Counted from the stretch's first letter, positions 50,916-60,274 are shown. The stretch: DNA of 64,000 nt from an uncultured Gammaproteobacteria bacterium (GCA_964527425.1 CAZGOA010000004.1:35691-99690); one strand, 5' to 3'. Program-made: numbers and translations. Notes: a model not told the origin generated them from the sequence alone.

Positions 50916-51482
50916 ATGATACCCACACCTGATGAGGCAAGACAACTTTGGAATAAATATAACTTACCAGAGCGTAAACGAGTTCATGTACAATTAGTGG
51001 CTGATGTTGCCCTTTTTCTGTCTGGAAAGCTACACATAATTGATCATTCGATACATATTGATACGAATTTGTTAGAAGCTGGAGCCTTACTACATGATAT
51101 AGATAAGGCTATTCCCAGACTTCCTGGAGAACACCATCCAGAAACTGGTGTTAGAATTTTACGGGAAGAAGGGATGAAAGAGGTAGCTGATTTAATACAG
51201 TACCATTCTGTTCAATATATTGGAGATAGTAAAACAGAACCAAAGACTTGGGAAGAAAAACTGTTATTTTTATCAGACAAAATGGTGAAACAGGAAGTAA
51301 TTACGGTGGATAAACGATTTGATTTGTGGTTTTCAGAAGCAGATTTACCAGAAGCACAAAAAGAAATGTTGAGAGCCGTTTTTCCTAAAGTGAAACAACT
51401 TGAAAAAGAAATTTTTGATAAGATTGGCATTCAACCACAAGATGTGGGACAATTACTATTGAGATTAAAGGAGGGAGTATGA
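50916..51482 (+). CDS. HD-domain phosphohydrolase
   Basis: HV..V, ALLHDIDK, H...G..IL, EEKLLFLSDK. Confidence 0.85.
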   Translation: MIPTPDEARQLWNKYNLPERKRVHVQLVADVALFLSGKLHIIDHSIHIDTNLLEAGALLHDIDKAIPRLPGEHHPETGVRILREEGMKEVADLIQYHSVQYIGDSKTEPKTWEEKLLFLSDKMVKQEVITVDKRFDLWFSEADLPEAQKEMLRAVFPKVKQLEKEIFDKIGIQPQDVGQLLLRLKEGV

Positions 51483-52096
51483 AAAATTACACCACCATAG
51501 TGTTACTTATAGCAGTGCTCGGTATTGTCGTTGGAGGAAATGTTCTATATGGCAGCCTGAACAATACTGTACAAGCAGCAGTTGAAGAGTCATCTACAGG
51601 AAATAGTGGCAGTATGAAAGTTGAAATGGCAACCCCCGGTGCAATGATGGAAGAGGGGATAAGTAAAAAATCGGAATATGTCCTTCCTTATCCGGGTATA
51701 TTACAAAATCATCCCCTATATTTTTTAAAAGAGTTTCGAGATCAAATTATCGAAGTTCTTATTGCTGATCCTTTAAGAAAGAGTGAGTTTTACTTGTTGC
51801 AGTCTGACAAATGGATTGCAGCATCAGATTTATTAATTGTCCAAGAACAGACAGATTTGGCAGAGAAAGTATTGAATAAATCTGCTGATAGAATGAATGA
51901 TTCGATAAAAGCATTGAAGTCTATTAAGGCTGACGGTCGTGAAGTTCCATCAGGAGTAATTGATAAGGTTGAAAAATCTATAGAAAAACATCTTGAGATG
52001 GTTGATGAATTTTCGATAGAAAAGAAGATTAATCCTGATCAAGCACGGCAAACATTATTGACTGCGCAAGAGGAATTAAATAAAGTAAAAAATTAA
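51479..52096 (+). CDS. DUF5667-like exported protein
   Basis: Signal/TM helix then YVLPYPGIL..HPLYFLK..RD. Confidence 0.7.
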   Translation: MKNYTTIVLLIAVLGIVVGGNVLYGSLNNTVQAAVEESSTGNSGSMKVEMATPGAMMEEGISKKSEYVLPYPGILQNHPLYFLKEFRDQIIEVLIADPLRKSEFYLLQSDKWIAASDLLIVQEQTDLAEKVLNKSADRMNDSIKALKSIKADGREVPSGVIDKVEKSIEKHLEMVDEFSIEKKINPDQARQTLLTAQEELNKVKN

Positions 52097-52171
52097 TACT
52101 ATATTTTCCGCAGTTTCACCTCAACAAAACCTTCTGAGGCAAGCGAGATACTTTGATACATTTTGTATCAA

Positions 52172-52247
52172 TTGACCCAACGTATCGTGTGTCATAGGAT
52201 GGAAACGCACCATATGTGGTGTAAAAAATTTCACGATATATTTAGGG
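52172..52247 (+). promoter_or_regulatory. nrdR promoter with NrdR box(es)
   Basis: TTGACC-N17-TAGGAT (52172-52200); palindrome gCACCATATGTGGTGt (52207-52222); weaker tCACGATATATTTAG at 52231. Confidence 0.7.
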
Positions 52248-52248
52248 A

Positions 52249-52695
52249 ATGAAATGTCCATATTGTTCTCATGATCAAACTGATGTAATAGAAAAGAGAG
52301 ATACGAAGGAAGGTACTGTAACAAGACGCAGACGTACATGTGTGCATTGCCAAAAGCGATTTACCACATACGAGCGTGTTGAACATGTGCCGATTACAGT
52401 AATTAAAAAGGATCAACGTAGAGAAACGTTTGATCGAGAAAAATTAAAACGAGGAATATGGAGAGCAAGTGGAAAGACAAAAATTACAGCATCTGATGTC
52501 GATAGAATTGTTGATGAGGTAGAACGAGAATTAATCGGGGGAGAAAGTACTGAAATTAAGAGTCAACAGATAGGAGAACTAGTTGCAAAAAGATTAAAAT
52601 CGTTAGATAAAGTAGCATATATTCGATTTGCTAGTGTATTTAAACGATTTGTAGACGTTGAGGAGTTTGAAAAAGAACTCAAAAAACTAATTTAA
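52249..52695 (+). CDS. nrdR: Transcriptional repressor NrdR
   Basis: MKCPYC, RRRRTC..C.KRFTTYE, ATP-cone, DKVAYIRFASV. Confidence 0.97.
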   Translation: MKCPYCSHDQTDVIEKRDTKEGTVTRRRRTCVHCQKRFTTYERVEHVPITVIKKDQRRETFDREKLKRGIWRASGKTKITASDVDRIVDEVERELIGGESTEIKSQQIGELVAKRLKSLDKVAYIRFASVFKRFVDVEEFEKELKKLI

Positions 52696-52754
52696 CACAA
52701 ATCAAAAAATAACAAATTGTAAAATTGTTATTTTTTGAGCACAAATTTATTATT

Positions 52755-52771
52755 ATGACAACATATTGTCT
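52755..52771 (+). promoter_or_regulatory. NrdR box upstream of nrdJ
   Basis: Near-palindromic gACAACATATTGTc (52757-52770) fits the NrdR-box pattern. Confidence 0.6.
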
Positions 52772-52810
52772 GCTAGCCATTGTTTGGATGGTCATTGCAA
52801 AGGAGGTTTT

Positions 52811-55225
52811 ATGGAATTAACAGGAATTCGAAAACAAGTATTTCTTGACAGGTATGCCGTTAAAGATGAACATGGTAAACCAGTAGAACAAACACCAGAA
52901 GAAATGTGGCGACGTGTTTCTCGTGCTGTAGCAGGGATAGAAAAAACGAAAGAGGCGAAACAGTATTGGGAAGAACAATTTTATGGAGCCATGCAGGATT
53001 TTGTTTTTGTTCCCGGAGGACGAATCTTAGCTGGTGCAGGCACTGGATTTAAAGTTACCTTCTATAATTGTTTTGTTATTCCTAGTCCTCATGATTCAAG
53101 AGGTGGGATACTAAAAACACTTTCAAACATGGTTGAGATTATGTCTCGAGGAGGTGGAGTAGGGATTAATATGTCCAGTTTGCGTCCCAGAGGCACCCGT
53201 GTAACAAAAGTCAATGGATTTTCTTCAGGACCATGCAATTGGGCAGAACTGTTTTCTGTAGCGACCAAAGATATTATCCAGCAAGGTGGTTCAAGACGTG
53301 GTGCGTTAATGTTGATGTTGTGGGACTGGCACCCAGATGTTGAAGAATTTATTACAGTAAAACAAGATTTAACCCGTATTAATGGTGCAAATCTTTCCGT
53401 TTGTGTATCTGATGCGTTTATGGAAGCAGTTAAAAAAGATGAAGACTGGCAATTAGTATTCCCCGATAAAAATGATCCAGATTACGACACAAAATGGGAT
53501 GGATATATGCCAAATTGGTTAGCCTTAGGTAAAAAACCTATTGTTCATAAGACTATTAAAGCACGAAAATTGTGGGATCTTATTGCAGAGGCAGCATGGA
53601 AAAGTGCAGAACCAGGAGTTGTATTCATGGAACGATACAACAAATGGTTTAACAATTACTATTGGGAATATGTCAACTGTGTGAATCCGTGTGGTGAAGA
53701 AGGATTACCCAATTGGGGAGTTTGTAATTTATGTTCTATCAATTTATCAGCTTTAGTTAATGAAAAAGGAGAAATGAACTATAAAAGACTAGCAGAAGTT
53801 GCCAAGATAGGTGTTCGTTTTCAGGACAATGTTGTTGATGCCGATTTTTACGTGTTTGATGAAATTAAGAAAGTTCAATTAGAAGGTGAAAGACGAATTG
53901 GATTGGGAACGATGGGACTGGGTGATGCACTTATTAAAATGAAACTGAAGTATGGTTCTAAGGAAAGTCTTCCTGTGGTTGATAAAATTTATGCCACCAT
54001 ACGCGATGCAGCGTATGAAGCATCAGCAGAAATTGCTGCAGAAAAAGGACCATTTCCAAAAATTGATATAAAAAAGCATTTAGAAGGGTATTTCGTAAGC
54101 CAGTTACCCGAGGAAATTAAAAAGAAGATAAAAAAACATGGAGTGAGAAATAGTGTTTTATTACAACAAGCTCCAACAGGAACAACATCTCTTCTAGCGG
54201 GTGTTTCGTCAGGAATTGAGCCTGTGTATGAGTTTGAATTTTTACGCAGGTCAAGATTAGGTGAGCACATCTTGCGTCATCATTTGTACGAAGAGTGGTA
54301 CAACGAATTTAAAAAAGAACACGGGAGAGAACCAGTAAAAGAAGAACGTCCTGAATGGTTTGTGTCTGCCAATGATTTAACCCCAGAAGATCATGTATAT
54401 ATTCAAGCAACGATTCAGAAGTATGTAGATGCATCAATATCAAAAACAGTAAATGCACCAAGAGCTCATACTATTGAAGATGTAAAGCGTTTATATACAT
54501 TAGCCTATGACTTAGGGTGTAAAGGTATTGCATATATGAGAGAGGGAAGTAGGCAAGGCGTTTTGGAAAGAATGCCAGCTGACGCCAAAGCTTCTGATGG
54601 TAAAGAAGAGCAAAAAATACAGCAGATTCCAGAGGTAAAGCCAAGACCGATGATTGTTCATGGGTCAACGTATCAAGTATCAACCCCTGTTGGTCAAGCG
54701 TTTGTAACAATTAATACAAATGGTGATACTCAACCGCTAGAAATGTTTATAAACGTAGGGAAAGCCGGTAGTGATGTAACTGCAATGGCTGAAGCGTTGG
54801 GAAGAATGATTTCTCTTACGTTGCGAATGCAATCACCAATTCCACCAGCCGAGCGAATGAGAAAAATAGCTTCAGAATTAGTTGGAATAGGAGGAGCACG
54901 ATCAATGGGATTTGGTGAAAATAGAGTGCGTTCACTTCCTGATGCAGTTGCAAAAGTAATAGATAGACATTTTACTAATTATCCAAAATTTCAGGCTGAA
55001 ATAATGGTGCAACCACATGTGACAAATGGTCACACTAATGGAAAAGCGCATGCGCAAGGAGTTGCAGAGGGAGATAATACAACTTCTCAATTACCATTAA
55101 TGGCAGCACAACTACCTCAACAAAAAATGGTGACAGTAGATTTGTGCCCTAAATGCGGAGAGGGTAGTTTAGTGTTTGAAGAGGCGTGTAAGAAGTGTTA
55201 TAGCTGCGGATATAGTGAATGCTAA
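52811..55225 (+). CDS. nrdJ: Class II adenosylcobalamin-dependent ribonucleotide reductase with C-terminal TSCPD/Zn-ribbon region
   Basis: PGGRIL, NCFV, GGGVG, QGGSRRGA, NPCGE, CNL.SINL, RRIGLG.MG, APTGTTS, SISKTVN; C-terminal CPKC...CKKCYSCGYSEC; AGGAGG RBS before ATG 52811. Confidence 0.93.
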   Translation: MELTGIRKQVFLDRYAVKDEHGKPVEQTPEEMWRRVSRAVAGIEKTKEAKQYWEEQFYGAMQDFVFVPGGRILAGAGTGFKVTFYNCFVIPSPHDSRGGILKTLSNMVEIMSRGGGVGINMSSLRPRGTRVTKVNGFSSGPCNWAELFSVATKDIIQQGGSRRGALMLMLWDWHPDVEEFITVKQDLTRINGANLSVCVSDAFMEAVKKDEDWQLVFPDKNDPDYDTKWDGYMPNWLALGKKPIVHKTIKARKLWDLIAEAAWKSAEPGVVFMERYNKWFNNYYWEYVNCVNPCGEEGLPNWGVCNLCSINLSALVNEKGEMNYKRLAEVAKIGVRFQDNVVDADFYVFDEIKKVQLEGERRIGLGTMGLGDALIKMKLKYGSKESLPVVDKIYATIRDAAYEASAEIAAEKGPFPKIDIKKHLEGYFVSQLPEEIKKKIKKHGVRNSVLLQQAPTGTTSLLAGVSSGIEPVYEFEFLRRSRLGEHILRHHLYEEWYNEFKKEHGREPVKEERPEWFVSANDLTPEDHVYIQATIQKYVDASISKTVNAPRAHTIEDVKRLYTLAYDLGCKGIAYMREGSRQGVLERMPADAKASDGKEEQKIQQIPEVKPRPMIVHGSTYQVSTPVGQAFVTINTNGDTQPLEMFINVGKAGSDVTAMAEALGRMISLTLRMQSPIPPAERMRKIASELVGIGGARSMGFGENRVRSLPDAVAKVIDRHFTNYPKFQAEIMVQPHVTNGHTNGKAHAQGVAEGDNTTSQLPLMAAQLPQQKMVTVDLCPKCGEGSLVFEEACKKCYSCGYSEC

Positions 55226-55282
55226 ATTAATGTATTTTACTTTAGTAAAATTTTTACTAATCTATACTATTAAAAAATAGTT

Positions 55283-55822
55283 ATGCCAATTTATACAAAA
55301 ACAGGTGATAAGGGAGAAACCTCTTTATTTGGAGGAAAACGAGTATTAAAAAGCTCGGAACTTGTTGAGGTGTATGGATCAGTAGATGAATTAAATTCCT
55401 GGATTGGAGTTATTGTTGCTTCTATTGACCACGAAGAAAAAATAGATTTTTTACACAAAATTCAAGGTGATCTGTTTATAATAGGCGGAACATTAGCAGG
55501 ATGGGAAACAGAACTGAGTGGACTTACAACCAGAGTAACTGAAATGGAGGTTGAAATAGATGCGATGGAGAGTCAACTTCAACAGCTTACTAATTTTATA
55601 TTACCGGGTGGTACTAAGGAGTCTGCAACTGTACATTTAACAAGAAGTGTTTGCAGAAGGGTAGAACGTCAAATAGTGGCTCTTTCTCAAAAAAAATCTA
55701 TTTCTGAAGAAATACTCATATATATTAATCGTTTATCTGATTTGCTTTTTGTATTTGCAAGATTTATAAACAAACAAGCTGGAATTACTGATGTGATTTG
55801 GCAAGGAATTCGAAAACAATAG
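55283..55822 (+). CDS. pduO: PduO-type ATP:cob(I)alamin adenosyltransferase
   Basis: IYTKTGDKGETSL, YGSVDELNS, FILPGG, RSVCRRVER, YINRLSDLLF..AR. Confidence 0.95.
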   Translation: MPIYTKTGDKGETSLFGGKRVLKSSELVEVYGSVDELNSWIGVIVASIDHEEKIDFLHKIQGDLFIIGGTLAGWETELSGLTTRVTEMEVEIDAMESQLQQLTNFILPGGTKESATVHLTRSVCRRVERQIVALSQKKSISEEILIYINRLSDLLFVFARFINKQAGITDVIWQGIRKQ

Positions 55823-55935
55823 TACGAATTGAGGAATCACGTTTGAATCGTGAGCTGTGCCGCAACTGTGAACCCTTAAATTGTGTTGAAGGGAAGTCAG
55901 GAACTCCTCGTACTTAATCCCGAGCAGGGTGTTTA
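55821..55935 (+). ncRNA. Cobalamin (B12) riboswitch, compact form
   Basis: P1 AGTACGA/TCGTACT (55821-27/55908-14); GAGGAA; T-loop hairpin TCACG-TTTGAAT-CGTGA; GCTGTGCCGCAACTGT core; B12-box-like AAGTCAGGAACTCC; downstream hairpin CCC-GAGCA-GGG (55919-55929). Confidence 0.85.
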
Positions 55936-55990
55936 GTAACAATAGCAACAAAGAGGAAACATTTCTTTTTGCTCTTACTGATCATTAATG

Positions 55991-56017
55991 CCTTCTTGGG
56001 AACAAGAAGGTTTTTTT
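55991..56017 (+). terminator. Intrinsic terminator (probable riboswitch expression platform)
   Basis: CCTTCTTG-GGAA-CAAGAAGG followed by T7, ending immediately before ATG 56018. Confidence 0.8.
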
Positions 56018-57337
56018 ATGCCCATGTTAGAGTTGCAACAACTATTAGATCAAGTCAAATTTCGTTTACCTGATACTATTCAAGCACAACGACAGCAATT
56101 GTTAGAAGCAATTAGAACTGAACAAATACACTTTTCAGAAGCCTTAGGTAATACAAAAGACTCTCAAAACTATCTCGGTAGATCGTATGACGTAGTAACA
56201 GATTATGTCACGTTGCGCTGGTACAGAGAACGAGGTGAATGGGAAAAGTATAGACAGCATATAGAGTTAATAAACGCCAATCTTCAGACCAACTTAATGG
56301 AGAGATATAAGGTTACAGAAAGTAGTCTTGAATACGATATAAAGGATAATTTATACCCAAAAGGGTCTTTGACACCATCTTTGTATATGATTCTCAACGG
56401 AGTAGATTACAGAAAAAATTTAGGTTCTGTTGAACAAGAAAGAGAGTTGGCGGAACTGATCGGTTTTCAAGTTATAGATGAGTTTATGGTAAATGTGCAA
56501 ACGCCTATTGGTTCAACTATCGTATCGTTTTCACCTAAAGGAAGTGCTGAGCATACAGAATATAGATATAGATTTGTTGATATTTTTGTCAAACAAAAAC
56601 GAGATCAGGATGAATATGTTCAGTTTACCCGTAAGTTTGTTCGTTATAACAATGATGAATATAGAGAAAAAGCCCTAGAATTGGACCCAACTTTTTTTGA
56701 TGGATATGATGGTCAAGGAGCAGAAGATGCATGGTTTCTCTCTCATCCTGTTGTCACCAATAAAGATGTATCTTCGTTCTTTGATTTAGCTGAAGGAATG
56801 GACTTTACATCATTCCAGAATATTTATCATGACGAGATTCTTCAGTACTTAATACATGATTACTTGAGAATTATTCAAGAGACTACTGTTGATAGAGTAG
56901 CTGTAGCAGCAAGTTTTAACTGCATTATTAACAGAGCCGATGAAGTAAAAGAAAACGTTTCAAATGAACTTAATAAACCATTTTTCCAAAGTAGTTTATT
57001 CTATGATGATTTAGAAACATCTAAAATGTTTTATAGCTATCTTCAAAGTTTAGCAATAAGAAATCCCAAAACTCATAGTGGTACAGGATGCCCTTCTAAT
57101 AGAGGATATAATTTAGGAAATTCTCTTATAGACTCAATTGATGTGTACCGGGCCAATAGTGTAGTTCAATTTATTCCTGATAGATTAGACTACAAAGATG
57201 ATCCCAATTTATGTAGATGTAGTGGACGAGAACCACACTTTCACTGTCCAGGTAAAAATGGTACGTGTAGACATATTATTATTGTTGGTAAAGGAATAAC
57301 AACGTGTCCTATTTGTGGACAAGGGAAGATATGTTAG
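56018..57337 (+). CDS. Hypothetical protein with C-terminal Cys/His-rich (probable metal-binding) domain
   Basis: About 439 aa; C-terminus CRCSGREPHFHCPGKNGTCRH...CPICGQGKIC; start set after the terminator. Confidence 0.75.
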   Translation: MPMLELQQLLDQVKFRLPDTIQAQRQQLLEAIRTEQIHFSEALGNTKDSQNYLGRSYDVVTDYVTLRWYRERGEWEKYRQHIELINANLQTNLMERYKVTESSLEYDIKDNLYPKGSLTPSLYMILNGVDYRKNLGSVEQERELAELIGFQVIDEFMVNVQTPIGSTIVSFSPKGSAEHTEYRYRFVDIFVKQKRDQDEYVQFTRKFVRYNNDEYREKALELDPTFFDGYDGQGAEDAWFLSHPVVTNKDVSSFFDLAEGMDFTSFQNIYHDEILQYLIHDYLRIIQETTVDRVAVAASFNCIINRADEVKENVSNELNKPFFQSSLFYDDLETSKMFYSYLQSLAIRNPKTHSGTGCPSNRGYNLGNSLIDSIDVYRANSVVQFIPDRLDYKDDPNLCRCSGREPHFHCPGKNGTCRHIIIVGKGITTCPICGQGKIC

Positions 57338-57374
57338 AACAGAAGCTTTTATTAATTTATGCTATTATTAGCCT

Positions 57375-57818
57375 ATGAACGATCTGCCCGTTCCAGCGCC
57401 ACCTACTGATCCATCACAACAAGATCAACAAGGCAATCAACAACAATCAACTACGAGTGTTTCGTATGGAAGTAAAGAAGGAGAATCTTTTACAATACAT
57501 AGTCCAGAAGCATCGCTTAAAGCAGTTGGTCAAGAAGTTGATTTACCCAAAGAAGTTCAATCAGCGGGGGTACAGATTCAATCGACAACGGTTGCTTTAC
57601 CTCAAGCAGTTTCTGATCAAGGAGTTACATCAGTAGGGTATAATGTATCATCTGTTCCTACACATGGTTCAACAATTACATTGCCGTTGAGTGATAGTCA
57701 AATAGAGTTGGCTCTGAAGAAAAATACGAAGCAATCAATTCGATGGCTTGCAGAATGGTGTGTATATCAAATTAAAAAAATGCATGAAAAGATAATTCCC
57801 AATAAAAGACATTCGTAA
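57375..57818 (+). CDS. Hypothetical protein upstream of the VirD4-like gene
   Basis: Low-complexity N-terminus; C-terminal LPLSD..I...SIRWLAEWC..QIK; stop 2 nt before the next ATG. Confidence 0.7.
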   Translation: MNDLPVPAPPTDPSQQDQQGNQQQSTTSVSYGSKEGESFTIHSPEASLKAVGQEVDLPKEVQSAGVQIQSTTVALPQAVSDQGVTSVGYNVSSVPTHGSTITLPLSDSQIELALKKNTKQSIRWLAEWCVYQIKKMHEKIIPNKRHS

Positions 57819-57820
57819 TT

Positions 57821-60169
57821 ATGAACATCCCTTTCACCGATATTATCTATCAGATTCAAGTTTTCTTCGTTGCGTTTTTGTTTATGACGCTCTCGTTGGC
57901 TGGATTAGTTGTATTAGCGTATATTCTTTTTCTGTTATGGAAATACCGAAACAGAGAGCATCATTCTTTAGAATATGTAACACTTCAAATTGCCGTACCC
58001 AGAGATAATGAAACAAAAATTGATGCGGCTGAACAATTATTTTCAAGTTTACATAGTATTCATCACGGAGGATTTTGGTCGTTTTTAAAACCTGCTGAGC
58101 ATATTTCTTTTGAAATAGTAGCAAAGCGGGAAGATATTCGGTTTTATGTATCTGTTCCGCATCATTTGATGGATTTAGTGGAAAAGCAAATTCATGGGGC
58201 TTATCCAGGAGCTGATATAAAAGAAGTTGAGGAATATACTATTTTTTCTGAACATGGCGAAGTAGCATTTGCAGCATTAATGCCAACAGGTGCGCCTTAC
58301 ATGCCGATTAGAATTTATAGAGATTTACCGGTAGATCCTTTATCGTCTCTCACCTCTGTGCTTGCAAAAATGCAAGAAGGCGAAGGAGCGGCAGTTCAAA
58401 TACTCCTTCAACCAACAGGGGAGAAATGGAGACACTTAGGACAATCATTTATTTCTGGTACTAAAAAAAATGAGGCAAATCCGGAAAAAGCGAGTTTTAA
58501 GGTGGATCATAAAACTCTTGAACAGGTTGAACAAAAAATAAGCAAGCCAGGGTTTAATGTTGTTGTTCGTATAGTAGTTTCTTCTCACAATCATGAAGAA
58601 GCTGAAGCACATCTACATAATATTGAGGCGTCATTTCATCAGTTTACTTCGGAACAAAATCATTTTGGAAAAGTAAGAACACCAATAAAATCTTTTTTCA
58701 TGAAAGATTTTATTTATCGATATTTTCCTATTTTTAATATTCCCTTTTTTAAGCAATATGGAGTGTTAAATAGTGATGAATTAGCAACGGTATTTCACAT
58801 GCCGAATAAGTCCATAGAAACAGCACATATTTATTGGTTAAATGCTAAAAGAGCTCCCGCCCCATCTCAAATACCCAACGAAGGATTATATATAGGTAAA
58901 TCAAAATATAGAGGAGTGGAGCGCCCAATTTTTATTGGAGAAGATGACCGCAGAAGACATACATATATTATTGGGAAAACAGGCACAGGAAAGTCACAGC
59001 TGCTTGAAGAAATGATTATTCAAGATATAGAAAACGGAAAAGGAGTAGGAGTAGTGGATCCACATGGTGAACTTATTATGGCGGTATTAAAAAGAATACC
59101 ACCATCAAGAGCAGAAGACGTGATTTATTTTGATCCTGCAGATATTGAGAGACCGTTAGGACTTAATATGCTTGAAGCCTCTACTGAAGAACAAAAACAT
59201 TTTGTCGTGACATCAATTGTAGGTTTAATGTACAAACTCTATGATCCGATGAAAACCGGTATTATTGGACCGCGGTTTGAGCATGCGATACGAAACGCTA
59301 TGTTAACGGTAATGAGTGAACCTGGAAACACATTTATCGAAGTTGTTCGTGTGTTAACTGATAGTGCTTTTGTACAAGAGTTATTACCTAAGGTACAAGA
59401 TCCGATTATTCGAAGATATTGGACAGATCAAATTGCGCAAACATCTGATTTTCATAAATCCGAAGTTCTTGATTATATTGTTTCAAAGTTTGGTAGATTT
59501 GTTACAAACAAGTTAATGCGAAATATTATTGGTCAATCTGAGTCATCTTTTAATTTTAGAAATGTAATGGATGAAGGGAAAATATTGCTTTGTAATTTAT
59601 CAAAAGGAACATTAGGTGAAGAAAACAGTAATTTTTTGGGGTTAATTTTGGTTCCTCGTATTTTACTCGCTGCGTTATCAAGACAAGATATGCCAGAGGA
59701 GAATAGAAGAGATTTTTATCTCTATGTTGATGAATTTCAAAACTTTGCAACGCCAGATTTTGCTCAAATACTCTCCGAAGCTAGAAAGTACCGTTTAAAT
59801 TTAACGGTTGCCAACCAGTTTATCGGTCAAATGGATGAAGAGGTGAAGAATGCAATTTTTGGTAATGTAGGTAGTGTTATTGCGTTCCGTGTGGGAGTAA
59901 CTGATGCAAATTATTTACAGCATGAATTTACGCCCACGTTTAATGAAATAGATCTAATAAATATAGACAAATATAACGCGTATGTAAAAACAATCGTCAA
60001 AAATGAACCTGTTAAACCATTTAGTATGGACTTAACTAAAAACATGGATGAGGTGAACGCAAAAAAGAATGTTCAAGTAGCAAAAGCAATAGTCCAATTA
60101 TCGCGACTAAAATATGGACGGTCTCGCGAGTTAGTTGAAGCAGAAGTGTCTCAGCGAGCAAGACTGTAA
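57821..60169 (+). CDS. VirD4/TraG-like type IV coupling-protein-family ATPase (copy 2, N-terminal TM)
   Basis: N-terminal hydrophobic helix; DRRRHTYIIGKTGTGKS, VVDPHGE, LYVDEFQNF, SEARKYRLNL. Confidence 0.88.
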   Translation: MNIPFTDIIYQIQVFFVAFLFMTLSLAGLVVLAYILFLLWKYRNREHHSLEYVTLQIAVPRDNETKIDAAEQLFSSLHSIHHGGFWSFLKPAEHISFEIVAKREDIRFYVSVPHHLMDLVEKQIHGAYPGADIKEVEEYTIFSEHGEVAFAALMPTGAPYMPIRIYRDLPVDPLSSLTSVLAKMQEGEGAAVQILLQPTGEKWRHLGQSFISGTKKNEANPEKASFKVDHKTLEQVEQKISKPGFNVVVRIVVSSHNHEEAEAHLHNIEASFHQFTSEQNHFGKVRTPIKSFFMKDFIYRYFPIFNIPFFKQYGVLNSDELATVFHMPNKSIETAHIYWLNAKRAPAPSQIPNEGLYIGKSKYRGVERPIFIGEDDRRRHTYIIGKTGTGKSQLLEEMIIQDIENGKGVGVVDPHGELIMAVLKRIPPSRAEDVIYFDPADIERPLGLNMLEASTEEQKHFVVTSIVGLMYKLYDPMKTGIIGPRFEHAIRNAMLTVMSEPGNTFIEVVRVLTDSAFVQELLPKVQDPIIRRYWTDQIAQTSDFHKSEVLDYIVSKFGRFVTNKLMRNIIGQSESSFNFRNVMDEGKILLCNLSKGTLGEENSNFLGLILVPRILLAALSRQDMPEENRRDFYLYVDEFQNFATPDFAQILSEARKYRLNLTVANQFIGQMDEEVKNAIFGNVGSVIAFRVGVTDANYLQHEFTPTFNEIDLINIDKYNAYVKTIVKNEPVKPFSMDLTKNMDEVNAKKNVQVAKAIVQLSRLKYGRSRELVEAEVSQRARL

Positions 60170-60201
60170 AGACGATGATATAATCCTTCCATTCAATATT
60201 T

Positions 60202-60274
60202 GCGCTGGTAGCTCAGCGGTAGTAGCACCACTCTTATAAAGTGGGGGTCGATGGTTCGAATCCATCCCAGCGCA
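60202..60274 (+). tRNA. tRNA-Ile (anticodon UAU)
   Basis: Acceptor GCGCTGG/CCAGCGC + A73; anticodon stem CCACT/AGTGG, loop CT-TAT-AA (60233-60239); GTTCGAATC T-loop; CCA not encoded; TGATATAAT upstream. Confidence 0.92.

Noticed and set aside
40901-51482. PurZ/DatZ (2-aminoadenine, Z-genome) pathway suggested by a divergent PurA plus an HD protein
   Set aside because: The enzyme keeps the PurA catalytic Asp (GDEGKG, not GSxGKG), sits with purB/guaA/guaB, and has no phage context.
52811-55225. Intein or intron in nrdJ
   Set aside because: RNR motifs run continuously; the extra C-terminal length is explained by a TSCPD/Zn-ribbon region, and no splicing or LAGLIDADG motifs are seen.
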